A stretch of 64,000 bases of DNA from Escherichia phage phAPEC8, in the sequence record NC_020079.1; one strand, 5' to 3'. The position numbers were made by a program, and so were the translations under genes. Numbering within the stretch: the stretch's first letter is position 1; each line of letters begins with the position of its first letter. Below the pieces are notes generated by a model that was not told where the DNA came from, did no database searches, and saw only the letters and a list, made by a program, of their open reading frames with translations. Below, one piece after another: positions 47,941-57,699 of this stretch.

Positions 47941-47980
47941 TATTGCTCACCTTTTTAGCTGTATATTCCCCTGGTGGGAT

Positions 47981-48010
47981 ATTGTGTTTAAAAAACAAAA
48001 GGCGGTCTAA
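47981..48010 (-). terminator. Rho-independent terminator
   Basis: GGCGG..CCGCC hairpin followed by T-run on minus strand. Confidence 0.5.
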
Positions 48011-48107
48011 CCCCGCCTTGCACATTGTTTCTGGAATAGTCAAAGTTAGTAAAAGTTTATCACCTTTTCGGTTGAATATTTTATAAACTTCTCCTGCTCC
48101 ATATTGT

Positions 48108-48509
48108 TTAGTATTGCTCGCCACTAATACGTTCCTTAAGTTGTTTAATAGCTTCGATTGCATCTACATAAGAAGAGTTATACATGTGTTTCAGTGCTAC
48201 TCGTACTAAAGGATCTTTTGTGAAGAAATCAATAAGAAGCATAGCTTGATCATGTTTAGCTGCATTTGTCATAGATGGATAATTTTCACGAACCATATAC
48301 GTGTTATTTTGCATAAGGGTTCTTTCTAGTTCAATACAATGAATAGCTTTATCTAGGTTAATCTGACGTTCACCTTTAATACGTGTTGCGTATTTTGCCA
48401 ATTTGCAAAAACAAGGTGTGCCACCAACCAAATAAGCTAGTTCAATAGGTTGCATTGCCATTTTTGTGTAGTGATCACCGTCAACCTGATTATCAAAAGC
48501 ATTAGACAT
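48108..48509 (-). CDS. hypothetical protein
   Basis: ORF tiling. Confidence 0.5.
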   Translation of the reverse strand: MSNAFDNQVDGDHYTKMAMQPIELAYLVGGTPCFCKLAKYATRIKGERQINLDKAIHCIELERTLMQNNTYMVRENYPSMTNAAKHDQAMLLIDFFTKDPLVRVALKHMYNSSYVDAIEAIKQLKERISGEQY

Positions 48510-48765
48510 AATTTTCCTCCTGAATTCCTACTGCACCTTCTTCTGGGTAGTCTGCATAATAAGCTACCCTACCTTGATAGATAACATCACCATCATTATT
48601 GTAGATTGCTGTATCTTCTTGAATTGTTATTTCAACATCAAGTAAATCTGGGTCTTTCTCGATGGTATAGTTCAAACCTAACATTTCAAACAGTTCGAAA
48701 ATTTCGTTACCTGTTAATGTAATGCTCATATTTCCTCCTTTTATTGTGGTTAGCAGAGTATACAC
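48502..48765 (-). CDS. hypothetical protein
   Basis: ORF tiling. Confidence 0.5.
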   Translation of the reverse strand: MYTLLTTIKGGNMSITLTGNEIFELFEMLGLNYTIEKDPDLLDVEITIQEDTAIYNNDGDVIYQGRVAYYADYPEEGAVGIQEENYV

Positions 48766-48815
48766 TAATATAAAATTTTTGTCAATAAAAAAGGGAGCAA
48801 TAAGCTCCCTGATTA

Positions 48816-49775
48816 TTAGATTCCAATAATAGTTGCTGCTCGTTTATCCTTGGATCTGGTGTTTGCTCTACTACGTGACAAACCGCCGCAAGATTCACAA
48901 CGAATGATATCGAAAGAACTTACCGCAGTGTGGTATTGTTTACCAGTAACAACGTGAACGTGATCACTGCCACAACGAGAACAACGGACCTTCTCATCTG
49001 GGTAATAAGCGGATAAGTTAGGATGCTGTGGAATCCACGGAAGGATTTTCATATACAAATCACGGAGTGAAACAACATCACCATCATTGTAAATCTGCAT
49101 ACGTTCAAAAGCATCACGATCACCTTCACAACATGCTTTCCATAAAGGGAATCCCTCGTTATCCAGTTTTTCACTTTCTGTTTCGAAATATGCTCCCATT
49201 TCTTTAAGGGAGTTGGAAGGAAGTGCAAATTGTTTCTTAGCTGCCTTCAATGTATCAACAACTACATAATTAGAAGGAGGAGCCATATCGTGATATGCAA
49301 ATCGTTGGTTAATGTATGCACGGTCAAACTTATACCCGTTGTGTGCCACAACTACATCTGCCTCATTCAGAAGGTTCCAAAGATCTTGGCAAAGCTCCCA
49401 ATCATCTGTATGATCAATATCAAAAAGAGGATAAGAAGACAAGTTCTTACCTTCCACTTCACCAGTATACAGGTCAGCAGAAGAGTAAGATAACAAATAA
49501 CCCCTACGAATTACTTGATCTGGAGAAATGAAGGCTTTGAATCGACGGAAAGTATATGCAATCTCTGGTGCAGTTTCAACATCAATAATTTTAATAACGG
49601 GTTGTTTCTTTTTAACTAGCTCTTGTTTACTTGCTCCAAATCGTGCAAGGAAATCGTTCACTGTGCTTTTTCTTGTTGGACTACCTAAAACAATTGCTGC
49701 AATATTACGAGAAGACATACCCTCTGCACTCATACTAAGGATATCTGCTTTCTGCTCTTCTGTTAATCTGCTCAC
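48816..49775 (-). CDS. DEDD-type 3'-5' exonuclease-like protein with N-terminal HTH and C-terminal zinc ribbon
   Basis: IIDVET (Exo I), VVVAHNGYKFD (Exo II), C-terminal CSRCG..CESCGG. Confidence 0.5.
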   Translation of the reverse strand: MSRLTEEQKADILSMSAEGMSSRNIAAIVLGSPTRKSTVNDFLARFGASKQELVKKKQPVIKIIDVETAPEIAYTFRRFKAFISPDQVIRRGYLLSYSSADLYTGEVEGKNLSSYPLFDIDHTDDWELCQDLWNLLNEADVVVAHNGYKFDRAYINQRFAYHDMAPPSNYVVVDTLKAAKKQFALPSNSLKEMGAYFETESEKLDNEGFPLWKACCEGDRDAFERMQIYNDGDVVSLRDLYMKILPWIPQHPNLSAYYPDEKVRCSRCGSDHVHVVTGKQYHTAVSSFDIIRCESCGGLSRSRANTRSKDKRAATIIGI

Positions 49776-50461
49776 TCTGCCTCCTGTTGTGAGATGTATG
49801 ACTGAAGCATACTCTCAAATGTTGTATCGTCATTATCCCAGCGTTTCATGTATACCAACTGGAAAATTGTTTCTATCCATTCATCTGTTGTCATATGGAC
49901 TTCTTCTCCATCCCAAGAAGTAAAATTAACACCATCTGGGAACCATGAGTAGTAAGTATCTTTAACTGTTTGGAAAAGTTCTGCTTGAGTTTTACAAGCT
50001 GAAAGAAGATTAAAACAAGTAATATCTCCGAACTTAATATCAAAATCTTGATAAGGTCGGATACTATCTGTTTTATCTCCCATTAGCATCTGATATGCTA
50101 ACCAGTAACTGCCCCAACCTTTAACTTCTTTCTTTTTACCTTTATCTACGATCCATATATCGCCAATAGACTCGTCAATAAGAATTATATCTGGATTTTT
50201 AAATACTCCATCCTCTTTGTAGAAATTAAAAAGGATACTAGGAGTATGTAAACTATCTTTATCTATAGATACTACGATATAAGAAAATTTACCCGTCCTT
50301 TTATAATCTTTATAACCTTGGAAACCATACTTCTCTAACTCATCATCAGCTTCTATTACAGTAACAACATCACCATTGTGGAACTCCACAAGATAATCTT
50401 TGGTTTCTGAAAGCTGAAGTGGTTTGATATCTAATCGTTCAGATTTATATTCTACAGGCAT
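49772..50461 (-). CDS. hypothetical protein; reading frame stays open upstream to 50902 with GVGKT P-loop-like motif
   Basis: ATG ORF; 147 in-frame sense codons upstream without ATG/GTG/TTG. Confidence 0.45.
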   Translation of the reverse strand: MPVEYKSERLDIKPLQLSETKDYLVEFHNGDVVTVIEADDELEKYGFQGYKDYKRTGKFSYIVVSIDKDSLHTPSILFNFYKEDGVFKNPDIILIDESIGDIWIVDKGKKKEVKGWGSYWLAYQMLMGDKTDSIRPYQDFDIKFGDITCFNLLSACKTQAELFQTVKDTYYSWFPDGVNFTSWDGEEVHMTTDEWIETIFQLVYMKRWDNDDTTFESMLQSYISQQEAE

Positions 50462-50902
50462 TTTGAAGGCGTGTCTGAAAGTTTTTCCTACGCCAATAAC
50501 TCCGCAATATTTTTCTAAACGTAGATGTTTTAGAATACCTAAGACTTTTGTTTTAGCTGCTTGGAAGGTGTGTCCGATATCTTCTGGCGGGTATTGCTTA
50601 TCAATGATTTCGAACTCTTCCTTTGTGAAGGGACGTTTGTTTTTGGAGGCTCTTTCTGCATTTGTATCTCCTAGCCAACCTCCAATTTTAGTCTTGCTTT
50701 TACCCCAAAACTCTGTCTTATTTTTAAATTCCTTTTGAGCACCTGAAGGGATGTGCTTCGCAATGATTGTTCTTTTCTCTAATGCAGACGCTGCTTGGAA
50801 AGCGATCTGATCATAATCAATTGCAGCTATTGTTTCTTCATTGACATATAAATGAAGATCTTCAGGTTTAATTAAAATATAACCGCTAATATTTCCCCCT
50901 AG

Positions 50903-51112
50903 TTATTCATCGTCATCCTCTGTTGAGAATGTTTTAGTATACGGACATTGACGACTTTTCGGGATTGCTATAACTTCATCTTGGTTAGCGTTAGAATAGT
51001 AGCAATATTTTGTATTGCCATTAACTTCAGAATCAGACAAGATTAAAGTAATTTGACCTGCTGCTACTGTGAAACTAAAAGCTAAAAGAACGACTGTCAG
51101 AATCTTTTTCAT
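50903..51112 (-). CDS. small secreted protein
   Basis: signal-peptide-like MKKILTVVLLAFSFTVAAG; two Cys. Confidence 0.5.
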   Translation of the reverse strand: MKKILTVVLLAFSFTVAAGQITLILSDSEVNGNTKYCYYSNANQDEVIAIPKSRQCPYTKTFSTEDDDE

Positions 51113-51184
51113 AACGCCTCCTAAAAAGCCTACCTCATTAAGTAGGTAGGCATAATATCATAACTAATCCCGCAAGTCAAGAAC

Positions 51185-52063
51185 TTATTTAAGGATTGTT
51201 GCTTTGGTTAAATCTTCCATCAGACCTCGAATCTCATTGAAGCACAGAAGGACTGAAGCTTCAATACTGCCTTCTTCGTCTGCAAAATATTTCGGAAAAC
51301 GTAGTTTAGAAAGTTTAAACTCTTTATCCACTACGAAATCTACAACACCGTCATATTCAAGACCGATTGCAACAACATCTTTACCATCTTCTTTTAGTTC
51401 GACAGCTTTAGACTCGTATAGGGATTCTTTACTCCAAACAACAACGCCCTCGCTATCCTCCATTTTGATATAATTTCCGAGAGTAATACGATCTGCTTCG
51501 TGATTCTCCAGCAATTCACCAAAACCTTTTACAATAGCTTCTTCATGCACACTAAAACCTACCGAAGGGAAAGTCCCCAGAACGGAACGGAGGAAAGAAG
51601 TAATCTCTTCTGCAACCTTTTTACTTCCATTAAGAACATAAAGAAGATTCGTAGTTTTATCCAAGACAACATAGTTAAAGAAATCTTCAGGTTCTGTTTC
51701 AGGCAATAGTGCAAATTCAATATCTTCCTTCATTGCTTTTACTACTTCTTTATCGACATAAAACTCTTTACCTTCGCTCTCCATGTCCTGACGCATTTCT
51801 TCTAGACGTTCATTCAGAATACGTTTAACTTTCTTTTTATCTACCTTCTTCACAGATTGACCTACATTAAGCAGTTCAAGATCTGAAAACTCTTTTACAA
51901 ATTTAGAGTCATCTTCGAAACGAACAAGACCGATAGTGTGTGACTGGGAGCCTTCTGCTGTTACAAATTCCAGAGGAATATCTGTAATGTTGTTAAGGGA
52001 TGCTACAGAAGCATTGTCACCAACAACCATAGGCAGAGCGGATTTAAAAGATTTTACAAACAT
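51185..52063 (-). CDS. RdgC-like recombination-associated protein
   Basis: FALLPETEPEDFFNYVVLDKTTNLLYV...LRSVLGTFPSV parallels E. coli RdgC. Confidence 0.6.
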   Translation of the reverse strand: MFVKSFKSALPMVVGDNASVASLNNITDIPLEFVTAEGSQSHTIGLVRFEDDSKFVKEFSDLELLNVGQSVKKVDKKKVKRILNERLEEMRQDMESEGKEFYVDKEVVKAMKEDIEFALLPETEPEDFFNYVVLDKTTNLLYVLNGSKKVAEEITSFLRSVLGTFPSVGFSVHEEAIVKGFGELLENHEADRITLGNYIKMEDSEGVVVWSKESLYESKAVELKEDGKDVVAIGLEYDGVVDFVVDKEFKLSKLRFPKYFADEEGSIEASVLLCFNEIRGLMEDLTKATILK

Positions 52064-52119
52064 GTTTCCTCCTATTTAATACATCTCACATTACCGCCCG
52101 TAAAGGGCGGCTTACAACA

Positions 52120-52845
52120 TTACTTGTTAATAATACCTGCAATATTAGGTTTGACAAAGGTCGATGGTTTCATGATCTTACCTTTATCATCAAAGAACAC
52201 ATACACTTTCTGTTTTTCATTATAAACAGCATGAACACCAGTGTATGCCCCTTCTGGACGATTGGCATTTCGTTCTTCAATTGCAGCGCATTCTTGTGCA
52301 ATGGCTGAATCGATATCCGAAGTTTTCCAAGTTTTCAGCAACTGTTGTTTAGTTGGATACTTGGAATCATTACTTTTCAATACCTCTTTAATAACTTTCT
52401 TTTCTGGATATTTTGAACGGATTAGAGTGTCACGAGACATACGCATAATACCAGCAGCCATTAGTGCCATTTGAACTGGCTCTGTAAATGTTTGTTCCAA
52501 AGCATCAAAATCAGTATACACAGTTGGAGTAAAAACATCGCCTACAGCATAGTCCAAGAAATTCATCGTATGTTCTTCACCAAAGAACATGTAAGTCAGA
52601 TAACTGGATACTACAAAAATATCCGCTGCTGCATCCAAGAGTTCTACATGATCGTTTACTTTCGCGGCTGTTTCATACTCTTTAAGCTCTTCACGAACGA
52701 ACCCGATTTGGGACATAAATAACTCTTGAGTGAATTCAGGTTGTTCACCACCTCGTGCTTTGGCATTCCAATCAATTACGTGCTTTGCTGCATTTTTGAA
52801 AAATTCAGTATCGAATTTAATATCTTTAAAAAAATTCTCGATCAT
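52120..52845 (-). CDS. MazG-like nucleotide pyrophosphohydrolase-like protein
   Basis: EELKEYETAA...ELLDAAADIFVV (ExxE...DxxD pattern). Confidence 0.4.
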   Translation of the reverse strand: MIENFFKDIKFDTEFFKNAAKHVIDWNAKARGGEQPEFTQELFMSQIGFVREELKEYETAAKVNDHVELLDAAADIFVVSSYLTYMFFGEEHTMNFLDYAVGDVFTPTVYTDFDALEQTFTEPVQMALMAAGIMRMSRDTLIRSKYPEKKVIKEVLKSNDSKYPTKQQLLKTWKTSDIDSAIAQECAAIEERNANRPEGAYTGVHAVYNEKQKVYVFFDDKGKIMKPSTFVKPNIAGIINK

Positions 52846-52854
52846 TATAACTCC

Positions 52855-53037
52855 TTATTTAAAATAGCTTTCTAGAAAGTTGCTAATATTTACTACAGAC
52901 TCACCCATGTAAATCCCTGCGAAACCGAAAACAAGCATACGTGGAATATTGAAATACCATTTATCTGCCGGAAAAGATGCCAGAATTACAATAGCAATTG
53001 CTATCAACATCATAAGAATTGTTGCTAAAATTATCAT
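52855..53037 (-). CDS. small membrane protein
   Basis: two hydrophobic helices. Confidence 0.45.
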   Translation of the reverse strand: MIILATILMMLIAIAIVILASFPADKWYFNIPRMLVFGFAGIYMGESVVNISNFLESYFK

Positions 53038-53090
53038 AAAAATGCCTCCAGGTATTTTTCACAATGATAAGCTAAGAACATTTTTCCTCC

Positions 53091-54218
53091 TTATTCTGCT
53101 GGTTCCCAAGTGCCTGGGATCATTTCTCGAATACGAACACCAACAGGTTTTGTTGGAATACCTTCATCTGAAAATTCTTCATACTCTATTTCAACGAACT
53201 GATTAATCAAGGTAGAAGCATTCTCTGCTTTACGATAATTGATAGTCTCATGAGCATCTTTACGCATTAAGAATTCGACTACTTTACCATTTTCCATCTC
53301 GCCTGTCAACACTCCATCACCATTTTTATCACTTTTTGAATTTATTACTTTAACTTCAAGCGTATGACGAGGCTTACGTTTAATAACATCATAAGAACGT
53401 TTATCAAATTCGTAAACTCCGTGAGCATTACGATATACTACACCTTCAGCTTTCTCAAGTAAAGCTTTTTCATAGAAAGCATCAAACTGTTCTTGGTTTT
53501 CAATATACTCTGTATGAACTACACAAATAAGCTCATCAAGACCATAATCCTCCACTACTGCCTTAAGAGCAGTAAGAACATCAACACGTTTTTCAAACGG
53601 TAGATCTGGAACTGGAATATCGTATACGTAATAGTTCAGCAAAGGTGTATTTGCATTATGCTTCTTCCAGGCACTGTTAATTTGTTGTAGACTAAGGACA
53701 CCTAACCCAGCAAACACTTCACCATCAAGAGGATGACCAACAACTTCACTAATAAAGTTTGGAATACCTTTCCAATGAGGTGGCAGGTTATACACTTCCC
53801 CAGCTTTTGATAAACACTCCCCTTTCATGTTAATCATAGAACGTAACCCGTTCAGTTTGTATTGTGCATAACCAGGGAACACAACCCTTTCAGGATAATC
53901 TTTATAATCCTGGCATTTCATTGGTGTGGAAGGAACATGGTTTTCAGCTTCTTCTTTTGTTTTATAATAGCCATTCTTTAACTGTTTTGTCCATTTGGCA
54001 AAAGCTTCAAGTTCAGCTTGTTCTTCCGGTGTTGTTTCATTGGAACGACCAATGTTTTTTGCTTCTGCTGTATAAGATTTTTCTGTGATTTTTCCACCTA
54101 CCCTTCCATGAGCTACAGTAACAACTGCACCATCTGTATACACTGTCCACTGTTTAAGTTTTCCTTTTGAATCTTTACCATACAGCGTTTGATTTGTTTG
54201 TTGCATTAGTCCTCCCAT
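53091..54218 (-). CDS. nucleotidyltransferase-superfamily ligase-like protein (DNA or RNA ligase)
   Basis: motif I-like YKLNGLR (KxNG rather than KxDG). Confidence 0.4.
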   Translation of the reverse strand: MGGLMQQTNQTLYGKDSKGKLKQWTVYTDGAVVTVAHGRVGGKITEKSYTAEAKNIGRSNETTPEEQAELEAFAKWTKQLKNGYYKTKEEAENHVPSTPMKCQDYKDYPERVVFPGYAQYKLNGLRSMINMKGECLSKAGEVYNLPPHWKGIPNFISEVVGHPLDGEVFAGLGVLSLQQINSAWKKHNANTPLLNYYVYDIPVPDLPFEKRVDVLTALKAVVEDYGLDELICVVHTEYIENQEQFDAFYEKALLEKAEGVVYRNAHGVYEFDKRSYDVIKRKPRHTLEVKVINSKSDKNGDGVLTGEMENGKVVEFLMRKDAHETINYRKAENASTLINQFVEIEYEEFSDEGIPTKPVGVRIREMIPGTWEPAE

Positions 54219-54538
54219 TTAAAAACTGAAATTTTCAATCTGTTACACACTTCATCCAAATCTGCGTCGAGTAACGTTGTAGATGTTGCCAACATATAAT
54301 CAATGCTTGTGAAACCTTGCCCTTTGGCATAGTCAAACATATCTTCATACATATCTTCTTCAGTCCCGAAACAGAAGTCACCCAAATGCCACATCTTGAC
54401 ACCTGGACTCGTAGCGCATTTATTCCATGCTTCGATCAGTGCTTCTGTCATGTGGTCCATATCTTCCCACGGTCGATATTCAGGAGCAAACTCTCGTATA
54501 CGTTTGTGCATAAAATGCAAATCACTTGTAATAAACAT
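54206..54538 (-). CDS. hypothetical protein
   Basis: ORF; DLH and GD motifs only. Confidence 0.4.
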   Translation of the reverse strand: MFITSDLHFMHKRIREFAPEYRPWEDMDHMTEALIEAWNKCATSPGVKMWHLGDFCFGTEEDMYEDMFDYAKGQGFTSIDYMLATSTTLLDADLDEVCNRLKISVFKWED

Positions 54539-54894
54539 TAGTATAATCCCTCGCTAAATAGGTCACGATCATGACCATTACGTTCGTAGTCAATCTGGTC
54601 TGCGTGTTTTGCAATAATGTATGCATCTTCACGACTCCACCAATTGTAGTATTGATCAATAAAACCTTGATTGTTTGGAAGACAATGCACTTTATCAAGC
54701 ACACCTGCTTCTTTCAATACATTCAACTGTGTAGATAATACAGGATTTGCATGTCGAACACAAGGAATAATTAACTCTTCACCATTATTCAAAATATACT
54801 TATTCGCAGCACAGACTATAACACGTTGCGCATAATGACCCTCACCAATCCAGGTAAGAGGCTGGTAACAAATGTTGTTTTCAATACCACTCAT
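54538..54894 (-). CDS. hypothetical protein
   Basis: ORF tiling. Confidence 0.45.
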   Translation of the reverse strand: MSGIENNICYQPLTWIGEGHYAQRVIVCAANKYILNNGEELIIPCVRHANPVLSTQLNVLKEAGVLDKVHCLPNNQGFIDQYYNWWSREDAYIIAKHADQIDYERNGHDRDLFSEGLY

Positions 54895-55053
54895 TGTTTC
54901 CTAATCCTCCTCTCTTAAGTTATCCTCTAAAAAGCTAGTATCTGGAAGTAAAAGATCATTACTTGTGTCGGGCCAACCCTCTTCTTCTCGGTAGATAAAG
55001 TAACCTTCGTCCTCTTCTTGTTCTGACCAAACCGAATGATGCATGTTCTCTCC

Positions 55054-55398
55054 TTAATAGTGCACACGAATCATTTTAATACCATAACGCAGCATGGATT
55101 CTTTTGCAAGCATGAATTTATCCCCAGCGGCGGGATTAGAAGTATGCACGAAAATGGTAGGTGAACCAAAGCAAGGTTTACCAAACGCCAGAAGTTCTTC
55201 CAGGTACAGGAAAACATCATACCCATCTTGGTCTGACTCCATACCTAAATCATTGTCAAAAGACCACTCGGTTACTCTTCGATACAGTTTAGCAGGATCA
55301 TTAAGAAAAGCCATAGCTTCTTGTGACGTTTTAAACCAAATTGCATCTTCCTGTCCATAGTCGGCTGGGTTCCGCATATCATCTATCCAAACTTTCAT
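55054..55398 (-). CDS. hypothetical protein
   Basis: ORF tiling. Confidence 0.45.
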   Translation of the reverse strand: MKVWIDDMRNPADYGQEDAIWFKTSQEAMAFLNDPAKLYRRVTEWSFDNDLGMESDQDGYDVFLYLEELLAFGKPCFGSPTIFVHTSNPAAGDKFMLAKESMLRYGIKMIRVHY

Positions 55399-55408
55399 AT
55401 AACCTCCT

Positions 55409-55879
55409 CTAAGCTGGCATGATTAAAAAAGAACTCTCCACTTCAAAATGCCAATCCTCCACAAGCCCTGATTCCCAGTCCTTCTCTTCGTGGAAGGAAC
55501 AGATCCAACGGTACATTCCTGGCGGTGTATTCTCCACATCTTCCGGCAACCCATAATCCAAGGCTGTCTTGCCATTCTCTGTAAAACCAGGGTGGAGATT
55601 AGGAGCTTTCAGTACAGAAACCATACCTCCAACATCCACAGCTACGATCCACTCTGTCATGTATGGGCTGTCATATTGAGGCTCATCAGAACCTACCTCA
55701 ACAGCCTCTGTGCGTAAGATGATAATAGGCTGCTCTGTGATTGGGGCTTTGACAATATAACCGTGGTCCTCAAAAAGATCGATAACCTCGAACTCATCGC
55801 CGTTTTCGACACCATAGCTCTTATTCAAAGAGATAAACTTCGGGTTATCATCATAAGCTTTAGTTACTTTAATTCTCAT
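55409..55879 (-). CDS. hypothetical protein
   Basis: ORF tiling. Confidence 0.5.
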   Translation of the reverse strand: MRIKVTKAYDDNPKFISLNKSYGVENGDEFEVIDLFEDHGYIVKAPITEQPIIILRTEAVEVGSDEPQYDSPYMTEWIVAVDVGGMVSVLKAPNLHPGFTENGKTALDYGLPEDVENTPPGMYRWICSFHEEKDWESGLVEDWHFEVESSFLIMPA

Positions 55880-56100
55880 TTTCCCTCCTTCACTTTAACC
55901 TCAAATTCTACAGGCTTACCCTCAATGTAAAAACACTGATACTCTGCCTTATCATCCTCATCACGAGGCCAAGTTACCAAGGAGTTATAGCAATCTTCTG
56001 GTGCTTTGAAGATGGTTTTAGTCTCCATAGTAACATTCCCATTAAGTGTTGCCAATACCACCCACCCAGCTACAGGGATCATAGTGCCTCCACTTTCCAC
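55876..56100 (-). CDS. hypothetical small protein
   Basis: ORF, ATGA overlap. Confidence 0.45.
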   Translation of the reverse strand: MESGGTMIPVAGWVVLATLNGNVTMETKTIFKAPEDCYNSLVTWPRDEDDKAEYQCFYIEGKPVEFEVKVKEGK

Positions 56101-56261
56101 GTTTTACCCTTATCAACCAAGGTCTTTGCTACAGCATACTCCTTCCCATTAACAAGGAAATAATAAACTATAAAAGATTTCCCGATTGTTACTGTCTTAG
56201 TAACCTCTACACGTTTAACACCTTGCATGTATTTTGCCTTACCGGAATAGAGTAAAATCAT
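56079..56261 (-). CDS. hypothetical small protein
   Basis: ORF tiling. Confidence 0.4.
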   Translation of the reverse strand: MILLYSGKAKYMQGVKRVEVTKTVTIGKSFIVYYFLVNGKEYAVAKTLVDKGKTWKVEAL

Positions 56262-56539
56262 TTTGCATTCCTCTTGTTGTTGATAACATCCATAGCAGTA
56301 TATGGTTTATTAGTGCCATGATACTCTAGAATCATTGGAGAGCCTTCTTGCACTACTTCAAAAATACCATAAACAGAACTTTCAGCAAATACCATTTGCT
56401 TCGTTCCTTCATCGTTTACAACGAGAGAAAACTTCTTACCTGTCCCGTTGAGGATCTCGTATTTCTTGCCAGCAGTGAATAATCCAGAGTACCACTCACT
56501 ATCTGTTGCTTTTACACACTTCAGGAAAGTCTTGATCAT
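56258..56539 (-). CDS. hypothetical protein
   Basis: ORF tiling. Confidence 0.45.
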   Translation of the reverse strand: MIKTFLKCVKATDSEWYSGLFTAGKKYEILNGTGKKFSLVVNDEGTKQMVFAESSVYGIFEVVQEGSPMILEYHGTNKPYTAMDVINNKRNAK

Positions 56540-56889
56540 TTCTTTTTGCTCCTCTTCTTAGATTTATCATACAAACCTAACACAGCAGCCTCTTTTGCAC
56601 AAGTAGGGACTGAAGTCATTCCTCTTCGCTTTGCATCGGGCAGGTTGAGCGTCCACCATCCGAACCAGTAGATTTGGTCTTCCGTGAGTGGTTCAGCCAT
56701 TGGATCTGCCTCCTGCTTCTCAAGACGTTGCAACGCTTCTTCAATCTTCTCAATTGGTGTGTCAAAGACGAATGCCTCCGTATCAAACTTATCTTTCTTA
56801 GGAACTGATTTGGCTACTTTGAGAACCTCGTTTTTCGGTTTCTTAGTAACGTTCTTTGGCTTTGATAACTTCTTCGGTGTTTTCGCCAC
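56536..56889 (-). CDS. Lys-rich basic protein
   Basis: N-terminal KKxxK repeats. Confidence 0.45.
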   Translation of the reverse strand: MAKTPKKLSKPKNVTKKPKNEVLKVAKSVPKKDKFDTEAFVFDTPIEKIEEALQRLEKQEADPMAEPLTEDQIYWFGWWTLNLPDAKRRGMTSVPTCAKEAAVLGLYDKSKKRSKKK

Positions 56890-57082
56890 TTACTACCTCC
56901 ATACGATCTAAAAAGTCATTCACAAATCTCCAATAACGTTGACCTGTTCTAAGATCTTCATAGATAACAACAGGATCAAACACTTTAGATATTCCGGCAG
57001 GTTTTGGAAATTCCACGACCGTATATAAGCCACCTTTTGATACACAAGAATAGGTTACACCTGTAATTGGATATTTGCTCAT
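56843..57082 (-). CDS. hypothetical small protein
   Basis: ORF; 47 nt overlap with downstream gene. Confidence 0.4.
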   Translation of the reverse strand: MSKYPITGVTYSCVSKGGLYTVVEFPKPAGISKVFDPVVIYEDLRTGQRYWRFVNDFLDRMEVVSGENTEEVIKAKERY

Positions 57083-57273
57083 TTCTTTACGTACTCCATG
57101 ATTGGGGTATGGTCGCCAGTGAGCGTCACACGGTTGTAGGAAACGTTTTGTGTCTTCAACGTCTCAACCCATTCCAGGAAATGTTCTTTCGCTTCTGTGT
57201 AGTTCTGGGTGCCTTTAACAACATGAATATCATCCAGGGTGACACGGAATACCATTTGAATAACGTCTTTCAT
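57079..57273 (-). CDS. hypothetical small protein
   Basis: ORF tiling. Confidence 0.4.
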   Translation of the reverse strand: MKDVIQMVFRVTLDDIHVVKGTQNYTEAKEHFLEWVETLKTQNVSYNRVTLTGDHTPIMEYVKK

Positions 57274-57386
57274 TTCTTACCTCCTTTGTTGTCAAAATAG
57301 CTTACCAGAACATCGTGAACCACACAAATGGCAAAAATCAGAACAATTGTTGCCAGGATTGGGTTCTCACTAATTAGTGCTATCAT
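57270..57386 (-). CDS. small membrane peptide (38 aa)
   Basis: internal ATG with SD GGAGG; hydrophobic core. Confidence 0.35.
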   Translation of the reverse strand: MIALISENPILATIVLIFAICVVHDVLVSYFDNKGGKK

Positions 57387-57693
57387 CTTTAACCACCTCC
57401 AATTGCCTTTCGAGTTTGACTCTGTTTGAGAACTGATAATGACACAACTTACATTGCATGTCAACAATCTGATCGTGATTTAACCCTACAATTTTAACTT
57501 CCTTTGCACCATCCCACTCCAAATACTCAAAGCCATCCAAATGATTACTCTTGTCCAACAGGAATGCTATCTGCTGCCATTCAATCTGAATGTCATTTAA
57601 ATGATATGCTGCACAGAAGATATCCTCATAGTAAAAGACGATCATTGTCATTGCTTCGTCCAGCACAACTACTTCTTGTCTTGTAAATCTCAT
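57370..57693 (-). CDS. hypothetical protein
   Basis: first gene of minus block; SD GGAGG. Confidence 0.5.
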   Translation of the reverse strand: MRFTRQEVVVLDEAMTMIVFYYEDIFCAAYHLNDIQIEWQQIAFLLDKSNHLDGFEYLEWDGAKEVKIVGLNHDQIVDMQCKLCHYQFSNRVKLERQLEVVKDDSTN

Positions 57694-57699
57694 TCTAGC

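Noticed and set aside
47401-47958. 185-aa plus-strand ORF
   Set aside because: Antisense to the HNH endonuclease gene; Phe/Ser-rich low-complexity translation
54206-54894. Possibility that 54538-54894 and 54206-54538 are two halves of one frameshifted metallophosphoesterase
   Set aside because: Only DxH and GD motifs are present and no GNH(D/E) motif is found in either ORF
55054-55398. Receiver-domain or TIR-like reading of the MKVWIDD... protein
   Set aside because: Only a loose acidic-residue pattern; no defining motifs could be matched by eye
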